From a virus (Duplodnaviria > Caudoviricetes): a stretch of 25,763 bases of DNA. The stretch's first letter is position 1; every line of letters begins with the position of its first letter. The position numbers and the translations under genes are program-made. This document shows, one piece after another, positions 1 to 9,327 of this stretch. The notes beneath the pieces were generated by a model that was not told the origin of the DNA, searched no databases, and saw only the letters and a program-made list of their open reading frames with translations. Location: IMG/VR virus record IMGVR_UViG_3300025121_000878, positions 1 to 25,763 of that record; one strand, written 5' to 3'.

Positions 1-1581
1 TTCGGGGGACAGGTTGCAAATGCATTTACTAATATGGGAAAGACTGTCACTGATCAGGGCGAGAAGTGGGGTAAATATTTTAAAGAAAAACAAAAAGAGG
101 AAGAAGATCGAAACGTAATGCGAATTGAAAATGATTTCAGGGAAAAAAATCAGAATAAATTAAAAAATGATGAGTTGGAAAATGTCGAAGTAAATGGACA
201 GGTGATCCAGCGCCAATCTGGTATTCTTGTTAGACAAGGCGACTCTGCAAAGGGCGCAACAGTCGAATATGATGATTGGTATGCTAAAGAAAAGAATTCA
301 TATCTTTCAAATTTAAAAAGCGATAGAGAAAGGGAAATTGCTAATAGTGTTTTAGATAATATTCGTTTTCAGAGTCGTGAGCATGTTTTGAATCACGAAA
401 CTCATCAGGGGATTGAGGCCTACACTGCTGATCTTCACAAAAATATAACAACGAAACTTGATTCTAATGAGTTTGATAATGCTAAAGGTGCACTAGCCTC
501 TTCAAAAAATCGTATATCACCTGATGCATATATTGCTCTTGAGAAAACTATTCAGGGTAAAGAGTTTGATAATTTACGAGGATTAACTTGGCAAAATGTT
601 AGTAATTACAAACTTGCAGATGGATCACCGGACTATGCAAAACAATCTGCCTTGGTAGATAAGATGGATTTACCAATAGAAAAAAAAGATTCAATTAAGG
701 ATTACATTAAGGCCAAAGGTAATGAAATGGCCATGATTAAGCGAGAACAAGATAAGGCCACTGATTATTCATTCATGGAAGAATTGTATAAAGGAAAAAA
801 GCAAGGTGCTGGACTTGATCAATCACTTACACTTGTTTCGAAATATGGTGACGGTGCGTGGGATAAGGCACAGAAGGAAGATATTGTTAAAAAACTTTAT
901 TCTCCGGAAAATATTAAAACTGATCCAGTTACTTATGTGGCTATATGGAGAGGAATAAAAAATAATCAAGTAACTGCAAATGATGTTTACTCTGCATATA
1001 AGCAAGGAAAAATTTCTGGTTCAGATTTTATGGAACTTAGTAAGCTAACCAATAAAGGAGAGGGGAATTTAAAAGCTGCCTATGATCGCATAGAGATTTC
1101 TGCAAAAGAATTATACAAGAATGAAACAGATCGTGCCAAGTACCTTTATACGGTTAAGCAAATTCAGACAGAAAATCCTAGCATATCTGGAGATGAGTTG
1201 ATTAAAAAGGCGGATGATCTTGGCAAAAAGGTTGTTACTTCTCCTGGGTGGCTTTGGGACACTAAAGAAACTCTATACAAAGTTGAGCTTGCTAAAAGTG
1301 ATGCAAAAAATAAAGCGTGGGGAACGCTTGAATCTGATTTTGGACGTGATGTAGTTAATGCAATTGGAAGAGAATCAAGTCGGACAAAAAATTCCTTTAG
1401 TTTGGACGATGTAAATCAATATATTAATGAGTTTGGTGCTGATTCGATGAAATCAAATGGTGCTGCCAATAAGGCAATTAAGTGGCTTAACGATAACGGT
1501 CAGCGAGTAACTAAATCTAATATTAAAGCTGTAATGCAAAAATATGCAACGACAGAAAAAGGAACAGCTAATGCAAATTGA
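1..1581 (+). CDS. Internal virion (ejection-type) protein, 5'-truncated by the window edge
   Basis: Frame is open from base 1 (FGGQVANAFTNMGK...), so the true start probably lies upstream. Helical, charged protein coupled to the giant virion gene. Function inferred from position. Confidence 0.6.
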   Translation, partial: FGGQVANAFTNMGKTVTDQGEKWGKYFKEKQKEEEDRNVMRIENDFREKNQNKLKNDELENVEVNGQVIQRQSGILVRQGDSAKGATVEYDDWYAKEKNSYLSNLKSDREREIANSVLDNIRFQSREHVLNHETHQGIEAYTADLHKNITTKLDSNEFDNAKGALASSKNRISPDAYIALEKTIQGKEFDNLRGLTWQNVSNYKLADGSPDYAKQSALVDKMDLPIEKKDSIKDYIKAKGNEMAMIKREQDKATDYSFMEELYKGKKQGAGLDQSLTLVSKYGDGAWDKAQKEDIVKKLYSPENIKTDPVTYVAIWRGIKNNQVTANDVYSAYKQGKISGSDFMELSKLTNKGEGNLKAAYDRIEISAKELYKNETDRAKYLYTVKQIQTENPSISGDELIKKADDLGKKVVTSPGWLWDTKETLYKVELAKSDAKNKAWGTLESDFGRDVVNAIGRESSRTKNSFSLDDVNQYINEFGADSMKSNGAANKAIKWLNDNGQRVTKSNIKAVMQKYATTEKGTANAN

Positions 1582-4500
1582 TATAAATGATTTACCAGAT
1601 AAAGTTAACAATTCGCCAGATGTCAATGAACTTCCAGATCGAGTAAGTCAGTTAGAACAAAGTTATAAGAATAGTTTGGAGGTTGATCCTGATCATGCTG
1701 CGAAGGTAATTAAATATTCTTCGGCACTTGGGCAATCACCAGCATTAATTGATAAAAACGTTCCCATGGCAGAAAAAGTTGCCAATGCTCCGGATGCGGC
1801 ATACTGGGATGATTTTGAAAAAAAGAATCCTGGTACAAGTAAATATCTTTTTGATAAACCTCATGTGATGGCAGCCGTTCAAGATGATCATGAAAACCTT
1901 TCAAAATTTGAAAGTAATGTTCATGATTATTCTTTTGGTGAATCGATGTGGAAATCGTTTCAGTCTGGATTAGCATCGATGAATGCAAATATAGCAAGAA
2001 TACCTGGGCTTGTTTACGATGTAGCAGCTCTTCCCCAGAACATAGCAATGAAAGCAATTGGAAAACCAGAACTTCAGGTAAAATCACCAGTGTGGTTATC
2101 TGATAATCCAGTTGCAAAATATTATGATAAAGCAGCGCAAGCAAATCAAGTTCCTGAACTTAATCAAAGTATTATAGATCAAATATCAAAAGGTGAGATT
2201 AAGGGAGCATCAAAAACTTTAGCTGCACAATTTGTATCGAATGCTCCAAACCAGGCAGCTATTCTTTTAGCTACGATCATGGGTGGAGGAATTCCAGCAT
2301 TGGTTGGAATGGGAACAATGCAAGCTGCTGGTACAAATAAATCTGCCAAAGATTCTGGAGCAGATCCGGTTTCTGCAACCACCGATGCAATTTTGCAAGG
2401 TACAGCAGAAGGATTATTTGAGCGCCTTGGAACGTATGGCATTTTAAAACATTGGGAAAGGGCGATTGTTAGTTCGTTTGGAAAAAACACCGCTAAACAA
2501 GTAATGAAGGATATGTCTAAGACGGTAGCTTATTCATTTGTTGGTGAGGGAAATGAAGAGTTCGCAACGCAAATTGCTCAAGACATGAGTGATTATTTAA
2601 CCGGGGTAAATCCAAATGCGCTCAATGGAATGTTAAGCAGGGCTGTAGACGCTGGGATTATTGGTGGAGTCTCGGGTGTTGCAATGACAGCACCTACGGC
2701 AATCGGATCAGGAGCGCATAGAGCTGCAGAAATCAGAAGATCAGAACAAATCAAGAAAACATATCTGGCCATGGGAGATAGTGCTGAAGCAATAAAGCTT
2801 CGTCAAAGACTTCCAGAAGAGTATAAAAATTACGTTGAGCAAGTCACCAAGGATGGGCCAGTAGAAAATATCTATATTCCAGTTGAAGCGCTAGAGACTT
2901 ATTTTCAAAGTAAAAAAATTGACCCAGATTCTATATTACAAGAATTAGGAATTATTGATCAAGTTGAAGTTGCAAAACAAACAGGAAACGATATAAAAGT
3001 TCCTCTGTCTGTATGGGCATCTAAAATCGTTGGCACTGAACACTATCAGGGCCTTGCCGATGATATTAAATTTTCTCCAGAACAGCCAAGTGTTCGTCAG
3101 GCGAAAGAGCGTAGTGAAGCAATTGAAAAAGAATTGCAAATTGAACAAGAAAAGGCAAAGCAAGATATTCAGGTCGAGAATGAAAAGAAACAAGATTTCG
3201 ATATGGTTTACAGCTATATCAAAGATCAACAAGAAGTTGCTGGTCAGACTGACCAAAAACTTATCGACAACAATGCCAAGATATATGCTTCCCATGTTAT
3301 TGCTGAATCGGCTCGGCGTGGGATTTCACCTGGTGAATATTTTAATGGTATAGTTAAACCTGAGATTCAGAGAGGACAGACGAATGAAGGTGGATTGGAG
3401 CAATCTGCTTATCACGGTACACCACACGACTTCGATGAATTTAAATTAAATAAAATTGGTACAGGCGAAGGTGCGCAGGCTTATGGCTGGGGTTTGTACT
3501 TTGCCTCAGATAAGAAAGTAGCTGAAAAATATAGGGATAGCCTTAGCAAATATTCGTTTAAGGTAAAGGGTAAGGAAATTCCATTGCCCAAAAATAGGAC
3601 AGAAGAATATGTCATTGATGTCCTTGCAGCGACGATTGATCTTGGGTTTTATAAAAAAAGTGAGACTTTCGATTATGTCAGAACACAGATAGATAAGCTT
3701 GGCAAAAATTATCAGGATGTTGTTCATGCGCAAGGAATAAATATTAAAGAGGCATTTAATATTTTAAATAATCTTGAAGGTAAAAATGTAACATGGAAGA
3801 AACAGGGACGGATTTATAAAGTCGACATCCCTGAATCAGAGGATATGCTTGATTATGACAAACCTTTGAGCGAGCAGAGCGAGAATGTTAAAAAAATATT
3901 AATTCAAAAAAAATTATATAAGCCAGTTGAAGTAAAGAAAACACTTCCGAATGGTTACACTGTAAAAGAGACAGCTAATAGTTTTTCAAAATTTACGGTG
4001 TTTTTTAGCGGTGACAGCTCGCTTGCCCCACTCGGACATGGAGAAACAAAAGCAGAGGCTATCAAAGATTTTTATTATATTCAGGATCAAAAAGATAATC
4101 CGGCGCTGGGTAAAGACCTTTATAAAAAACTAGCAGATAAAAAACCCATGGCAGAACAGGGGGCATCTAAATATTTAAACTCAATTGGCATTAAAGGAAT
4201 AAAATACCTTGACGGTGCATCACGTGGCAACGGCAAGAACTCGCACAACTTCGTCATCTTCGATGATTCAAAAGTAAAGATAGAGCAAAAATATTATCAA
4301 TCTCAATCAAAACAATTGCCACCAGAAATTAAAAAACAACTTGGCAGTATTGATTACGATAGCGAGTCTTTAAAAAATAAATTTAAATCAGTAACCCCTG
4401 AAAAATTCATAGAAGAAAGAGAAAAAAGTACAAAGCGTCCATTTTTAACACCTTATACAGCGGAAGAAATGAAGGATTGGAAATTGTATTTAACTGATGA

Positions 4501-7500
4501 CGGGGTAGGATTTTCGCTAACCCCTGAATTTGATATGGTAGGGGTATTTAACAATTCAAACAGAAATGGCGCAGGGGCAGAGGCAGTTATTCACGCTATT
4601 GCCGAAGGGGCAAAAACATGCGATTGTATAGCTGGATACCTTGACCGGTATTACAACAACTTTGGGTTTGTCCTAAAAGAAAGAGTAAAGTGGGACGATA
4701 AGTATGCGCCGAAAGGATGGGGTTATGACAAATACGAAAGACCAGACATCGTCTTCTTTGAATTCCCAGAAGAATTCTCAAGAGAAACCGTTGACTCTGC
4801 AACACGCCTTGGAATTGCTAGGAGTGAGCGAGATACCGGGCGCATGGAATTGTTCGGAATTTCTGAGTTCAACGCAATATTTGATAAATCAGTACGGCGA
4901 GGACTGGATAAGAAAACACAGAATCAGACTAATAGAGGAAGCGGAAATTCTAGCGAAATTCTAACCCGTGGCTCTGTTTCATTTACTCCTGAAAAATCAA
5001 TAATTTCCCTATTTAAATCAGCAGATAAATCAACCTTTATTCACGAATCTTCACATATTTGGCTCAAGGATATGTTTGATTATGTGAAGTCAGCTCAAGC
5101 AGATGAGAGATATTTGTCTGATTGGAATAAGTTAAAAACTTGGCTTAATGTTTCAGATGAGCAGACTGATTTAACCACAGATCAACAAGAGCAATTTGCC
5201 AGAGGTTTTGAGGCCTATCTAATGGAGGGCAATGCTCCGAGTGAAGGATTGAAAAAAGTCTTTTCACAGTTTAGAAACTGGCTTGTAAATATTTATAAAT
5301 CAATTCGTAATCTTAATGTTGAGTTAACCAATGATGTTCGTGATGTCATGGATAGGATGCTTGCAACAGAAGATGAAATTGCCTATGCAAAAAGAACTTT
5401 GAGCTGGCAAGAATTAGACTTAAGCGATCTTGATCCGAGAGATGCAGAAAAAGTTAAGGATATTCAAGATCAGGCACATGAAAAAGCAGTTTCTATTTTG
5501 TTAAAAAAACAAATGAAGGAAATGCAAGCTGATCATAAAAAATATCTTAATGAACAGCGTGAAAAAATAACCAAAGAAGTCGAAGCCGAAACAAAAGAAC
5601 TTCCGATTAATCCAGCGATTGAAAGTGTGGAGGAATGGTTTGCCACCAAGAATGTTAAAAAGATTGCTCAGAACTTTATCGACAATACGCTTAATGAAAC
5701 AGAATCAGACGAATTAGAAGTAATTGCAGAAATGAATGGGTTCTCATCGGCAAGCGAACTTGCTCAATTAATTCTGACAACTCCTACCTTGAAAGATCAA
5801 ATTAAACAGACGGTTGACCAGCGTATGACGGCCTTTGCCGATATGAAGGATACTGATCAAATTAAAGAAGAGGCATTGAAGGCCATTCATAACGACAAGT
5901 CTCTTGAGCTAATGCTTTTAGAATACGATATTTTTAATGAAAAAATTAAAAATCATTCACACAAGGATCAGGCAAATCTTCAAGATCAATGGCAAACTGC
6001 AAAAGAAAAACACCTTTATGAAAAAGGTAAACAGGACGCACAGGATTCAGCAGCTCAGGAGAAAGAAGTACAAAAAGTTGAAAAAAATAATAAGAACAAC
6101 ATAGCAAAGACCAACTACTTGGTTGGTCTAAAGTATAATGTTGATTTTGAAGTTTCAGCAATCAAAGAAAAGGCCGCTAAAATATTAGGTCAAAAGACTG
6201 TAAAAGAATCAATGCGATTCACTCAATATTTTACTGCTGAAAGAAATGCTGCCGCAAATGCCACAAAGGCACTTGCTAAAAAAGATTACATAAAAGTTGC
6301 TAATTACAAACGTCAACAATTGCTTAATCATGCGCTGGCAATGGAAGCAATCAAACAAAAAAAGATAATTGAAAAACAAATCAAATATCTTGAAGGTTCC
6401 AGAAAGTTAGATCGAAAATCTTTTAAAAAAGAAGAACACTTTAATCAAGTTGCAGCATTGCTTGATCGATTTGGATTTTCACGAACTGATTATGATTCTG
6501 AATTAAAAACCGAAACCCTTGCTCAGTGGGTTGAGCGCATGGATGAGTCAACCAACATGGTCGAAATGCCGGAATGGATACAAGACGAGTCGATCAGAAA
6601 AAGTTATAGGGACTTAACGCCGGAACAATTATCAGATTTAAAAGATGCGATTGTAAACATAAGACAAGTCGCCAATATGGAGGAGCGAGCATTTAAATTA
6701 TTTAATGGTGCCGATTTGAAAGAGATCGCTGCGAAACTAATTGTTGATGCTGGTGCGAAAATGAAAGGAAAAACAGCATTTAAGTATAAAATGACTGACA
6801 ATAAAATAGATAAAATGCTTGGCTTGGGAAGGTCTTATTGGACTGAGCTAATGCTTAATCCGACAACCTTCTTTGAAGGCCTTGGCGAATCTTGGGAAAA
6901 TTTATCAAGAGCAATTCACGAACAAACCAACGAAGAATCAGAGCGCATGATTGCCGACAAAGAGTCAATGAAAAAGCTTTGGGAAATATACTCAAAGAAA
7001 GAAAAGAAGCTTTTAAAGAAAGATATATTCATTATTGAGTGGAATACATCAGTTCCCAAGTTAAAACTTCTCGAAATGGCTTCACACCTTGGAACAGAAG
7101 GGAATAGGCAGCGCCTTTTCTCAACGCCTCCAATTGGACTTGAAAATGCTCAAAACTGGAATGAACAAACTGTTTTGTCAGTATTGCAACGAACTCTTTC
7201 AGAAAAAGATTGGAAATTTGTTCAAGGAAAATTTGAAACAATAAATTCTCATTGGGGTGATGTGGTAAGTTTGAGCAAAGAAATGACTGGGTTTTCTCCT
7301 AGTAAAGTTGAAGCAATGCCATTTGTTGTTAATACTTCGGATGGAAAAACAATTAACATGAAAGGCGGTTATTATCCATTAAATATGGATGCGAGGGGAA
7401 GTCTAAGAGCTGAGGCCTTAACAAATGATAATCCATTGTATAAGGAAAAAAATCCTGCCTATAAGGCAGCCACTAAGAAAAAGCATACAAAAACAAGATC

Positions 7501-8821
7501 ACAAGCTGCTAACTATGCTGTCAACTTAGATTCCGAAACAATGTATTCTCACCTTAGAGATGTTAACCACGACTTAGCATTTAGATCCCTTGTATCTGAT
7601 TTAAATAGATTAATGGCCAATACTGAAATCCAAAGAGTGGTTGTTAATAGATATGGCCCTGAAGGACTTAAATCACTTAATGAATATATAAAATCCGTTG
7701 CCTCTGCTGATTCTGAACATAGGGTAAGTGGAATTATGGAAAAAACCTCTCGCTTTATGAGAAAACACACTGTAGTTGCAGCACTTTTGTTCAGGTTAGG
7801 AGTTAGTACCCAAAATATTGCAAACGTTATTCTTTATGGAGGAGCAGTTAAAAACTTCTCACATGCCGACACAATAAAATCATTAATTTCATATGGTCTT
7901 TTTAATTATATCCCAAAATCATTAGCGAACTGGCAAGCAGCGGCGAAAATTAGGGAATCAATCTATGAAAAATCATCATTTATGAGAGATAAAAAATCAT
8001 CAGTAGATTACACGCTGAATGAACTACATGATGAAAATCTTGGTCAAGATAGTAAGATTCAAAAATTTGGTGGTTACATGATGGCCTTCACTGATGAATT
8101 AACTTCAATACCAGTATGGATGGGTGCTTACGAAAAAATGATGAAAGAAACTAATGGGAATGAGAAAGAATCAATTTACTACGCAGATATGCTTATAAAA
8201 AAATCAATTGGATCTTCAAGAAAAACTGATCAAGCTGCTTATGCTCGTGGAAGTGAGCAGCAAAAACTTTTAACAATGTTCTATGGTTTTATGAATACCT
8301 GGGCGAATCGTTGGATAAAAGAAAGTCGCCTTGTCACTGATAATGGTTTGGCCGGATCTCCAAGATTTCTAGGTTTTATAGGAAGTCATTTTTTTGCCTT
8401 TACAATTCTTTCAGCAATGATGTCGGGCAAGGGGCCAGACGATGATGAGGATTGGTTTGCCTGGTGGTCAAAGGAAATACTAAAAGCTCCATTTGGATTT
8501 TTTCCAATAGCAAGAGAGTTAACTCAAGTTGCTTTTGATGAGGCATTTGGCGGTAGATCGTTTAGTTATCGTCCATCACCAACAGTTTCTATGGTTGAAG
8601 CAGGAATAAATCTAGGAAAGACTGGATGGAACCTTGCTGTCAAAGATGGTGATAGTCGGAAATTTGCCGAGGCATTAACGAAAGCAGCCGCATATGCCTT
8701 GCCATATCCAGAACAGTTTAATGTATGGGCCTGGAACGCATACGACATGTTTAATAATAATATGGAACCAGAGTTTAAAGATTTATACAAACGCCGTCCA
8801 GCAAACAAGAGGAGGGATTAA
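1571..8821 (+). CDS. Giant polyvalent internal virion protein (~2,416 aa) with ART-like, GNAT-like and zincin metallopeptidase-like regions
   Basis: ATG 1571 follows AAAGGA and overlaps the previous gene. Motifs: G/A-rich hydrophobic N-terminal segment; YHGTPHDFDEF..IGTGEGAQAYGWGLYFA (~3410) paired with GIKGIKYLDG..NFVIFDD (~4190-4266); GAGAEAVIHAIAEGA..DCIAGYLDRYYNNFGF (GNAT-like, ~4390-4760); ADKSTFIHESSH..QEQFARGFEAYL (HExxH at 5042-5056). Lies directly upstream of the tail fibre genes. Confidence 0.85.
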   Translation: MQIDINDLPDKVNNSPDVNELPDRVSQLEQSYKNSLEVDPDHAAKVIKYSSALGQSPALIDKNVPMAEKVANAPDAAYWDDFEKKNPGTSKYLFDKPHVMAAVQDDHENLSKFESNVHDYSFGESMWKSFQSGLASMNANIARIPGLVYDVAALPQNIAMKAIGKPELQVKSPVWLSDNPVAKYYDKAAQANQVPELNQSIIDQISKGEIKGASKTLAAQFVSNAPNQAAILLATIMGGGIPALVGMGTMQAAGTNKSAKDSGADPVSATTDAILQGTAEGLFERLGTYGILKHWERAIVSSFGKNTAKQVMKDMSKTVAYSFVGEGNEEFATQIAQDMSDYLTGVNPNALNGMLSRAVDAGIIGGVSGVAMTAPTAIGSGAHRAAEIRRSEQIKKTYLAMGDSAEAIKLRQRLPEEYKNYVEQVTKDGPVENIYIPVEALETYFQSKKIDPDSILQELGIIDQVEVAKQTGNDIKVPLSVWASKIVGTEHYQGLADDIKFSPEQPSVRQAKERSEAIEKELQIEQEKAKQDIQVENEKKQDFDMVYSYIKDQQEVAGQTDQKLIDNNAKIYASHVIAESARRGISPGEYFNGIVKPEIQRGQTNEGGLEQSAYHGTPHDFDEFKLNKIGTGEGAQAYGWGLYFASDKKVAEKYRDSLSKYSFKVKGKEIPLPKNRTEEYVIDVLAATIDLGFYKKSETFDYVRTQIDKLGKNYQDVVHAQGINIKEAFNILNNLEGKNVTWKKQGRIYKVDIPESEDMLDYDKPLSEQSENVKKILIQKKLYKPVEVKKTLPNGYTVKETANSFSKFTVFFSGDSSLAPLGHGETKAEAIKDFYYIQDQKDNPALGKDLYKKLADKKPMAEQGASKYLNSIGIKGIKYLDGASRGNGKNSHNFVIFDDSKVKIEQKYYQSQSKQLPPEIKKQLGSIDYDSESLKNKFKSVTPEKFIEEREKSTKRPFLTPYTAEEMKDWKLYLTDDGVGFSLTPEFDMVGVFNNSNRNGAGAEAVIHAIAEGAKTCDCIAGYLDRYYNNFGFVLKERVKWDDKYAPKGWGYDKYERPDIVFFEFPEEFSRETVDSATRLGIARSERDTGRMELFGISEFNAIFDKSVRRGLDKKTQNQTNRGSGNSSEILTRGSVSFTPEKSIISLFKSADKSTFIHESSHIWLKDMFDYVKSAQADERYLSDWNKLKTWLNVSDEQTDLTTDQQEQFARGFEAYLMEGNAPSEGLKKVFSQFRNWLVNIYKSIRNLNVELTNDVRDVMDRMLATEDEIAYAKRTLSWQELDLSDLDPRDAEKVKDIQDQAHEKAVSILLKKQMKEMQADHKKYLNEQREKITKEVEAETKELPINPAIESVEEWFATKNVKKIAQNFIDNTLNETESDELEVIAEMNGFSSASELAQLILTTPTLKDQIKQTVDQRMTAFADMKDTDQIKEEALKAIHNDKSLELMLLEYDIFNEKIKNHSHKDQANLQDQWQTAKEKHLYEKGKQDAQDSAAQEKEVQKVEKNNKNNIAKTNYLVGLKYNVDFEVSAIKEKAAKILGQKTVKESMRFTQYFTAERNAAANATKALAKKDYIKVANYKRQQLLNHALAMEAIKQKKIIEKQIKYLEGSRKLDRKSFKKEEHFNQVAALLDRFGFSRTDYDSELKTETLAQWVERMDESTNMVEMPEWIQDESIRKSYRDLTPEQLSDLKDAIVNIRQVANMEERAFKLFNGADLKEIAAKLIVDAGAKMKGKTAFKYKMTDNKIDKMLGLGRSYWTELMLNPTTFFEGLGESWENLSRAIHEQTNEESERMIADKESMKKLWEIYSKKEKKLLKKDIFIIEWNTSVPKLKLLEMASHLGTEGNRQRLFSTPPIGLENAQNWNEQTVLSVLQRTLSEKDWKFVQGKFETINSHWGDVVSLSKEMTGFSPSKVEAMPFVVNTSDGKTINMKGGYYPLNMDARGSLRAEALTNDNPLYKEKNPAYKAATKKKHTKTRSQAANYAVNLDSETMYSHLRDVNHDLAFRSLVSDLNRLMANTEIQRVVVNRYGPEGLKSLNEYIKSVASADSEHRVSGIMEKTSRFMRKHTVVAALLFRLGVSTQNIANVILYGGAVKNFSHADTIKSLISYGLFNYIPKSLANWQAAAKIRESIYEKSSFMRDKKSSVDYTLNELHDENLGQDSKIQKFGGYMMAFTDELTSIPVWMGAYEKMMKETNGNEKESIYYADMLIKKSIGSSRKTDQAAYARGSEQQKLLTMFYGFMNTWANRWIKESRLVTDNGLAGSPRFLGFIGSHFFAFTILSAMMSGKGPDDDEDWFAWWSKEILKAPFGFFPIARELTQVAFDEAFGGRSFSYRPSPTVSMVEAGINLGKTGWNLAVKDGDSRKFAEALTKAAAYALPYPEQFNVWAWNAYDMFNNNMEPEFKDLYKRRPANKRRD
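4725..4964 (+). CDS. Nested +1-frame small protein (79 aa), candidate immunity/antitoxin for the GNAT-like domain
   Basis: ATG 4725 is preceded by AAAGGATGGGG. Product looks like a folded helical protein (PLTLQHALELLGV..YLINQYGEDWIRKHRIRLIEEAEIL), while the host frame here reads as an R/G/S-rich linker. Confidence 0.6.
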   Translation: MTNTKDQTSSSLNSQKNSQEKPLTLQHALELLGVSEIPGAWNCSEFLSSTQYLINQYGEDWIRKHRIRLIEEAEILAKF

Positions 8822-9327
8822 TGACAGTAGGAAGCGAGATACCAATAAAAGTATATAATTGCGATGGTGTTACAAAGCAATGGCCGTACTTGTTTACAAT
8901 TATTGCAACCACCGATATTCGTGTTTATCTAACAGATCCCTACGGCGTAAAGTTCGAGATAACTTCAGGTTTTACAGTTGATACTGTATTAAAAAAAGTT
9001 ATTTATCCGGTTGATCCGTTAATACCTGCTAAACCAACAGGGTGGATAATAACACTTGAGCGAGATATTCCGGATAGTCAGGAAAATTCATATAGACAAA
9101 ATGGGGTGCTTGATGCTCGCACGATTGAATCTGGACTAGATAAAGTTACGATGCTTTTTCAGCAAATAAAAGAAAAACTCAAACAATTTGCCCCAACGCC
9201 TGTTACTGAAATTCAAAACCCTCGTTACATATCTGAAAGATCGAGAATCAGGGAAGAGGACTATGTTGTCTATATTGAGATTAATATTAATGGCACATGG
9301 GAAGTGGCATGGAGGTGTTTTTTATGA
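8821..9327 (+). CDS. Tail fibre N-terminal adaptor (T7 gp17 N-domain-like), stand-alone
   Basis: YNCDGVTKQWPYLF..DIRVY..ITLERDIP..LDARTIESGLDKVTMLFQQ resembles the podovirus fibre attachment domain. GGAGGGA RBS and TAATG overlap with the previous gene. Confidence 0.8.
   Translation: MTVGSEIPIKVYNCDGVTKQWPYLFTIIATTDIRVYLTDPYGVKFEITSGFTVDTVLKKVIYPVDPLIPAKPTGWIITLERDIPDSQENSYRQNGVLDARTIESGLDKVTMLFQQIKEKLKQFAPTPVTEIQNPRYISERSRIREEDYVVYIEININGTWEVAWRCFL

Noticed and set aside
3030-3353. Second +1-frame ORF (107 aa) inside the giant gene
   Set aside because: No ATG with a good RBS at its start. The K/R/L-rich product is the expected shadow of an E/Q/K coiled coil in the main frame, which looks well formed here.
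4596-4805. Antisense ORF over the GNAT-like domain
   Set aside because: No RBS, non-protein-like composition, and it would require triple coding.
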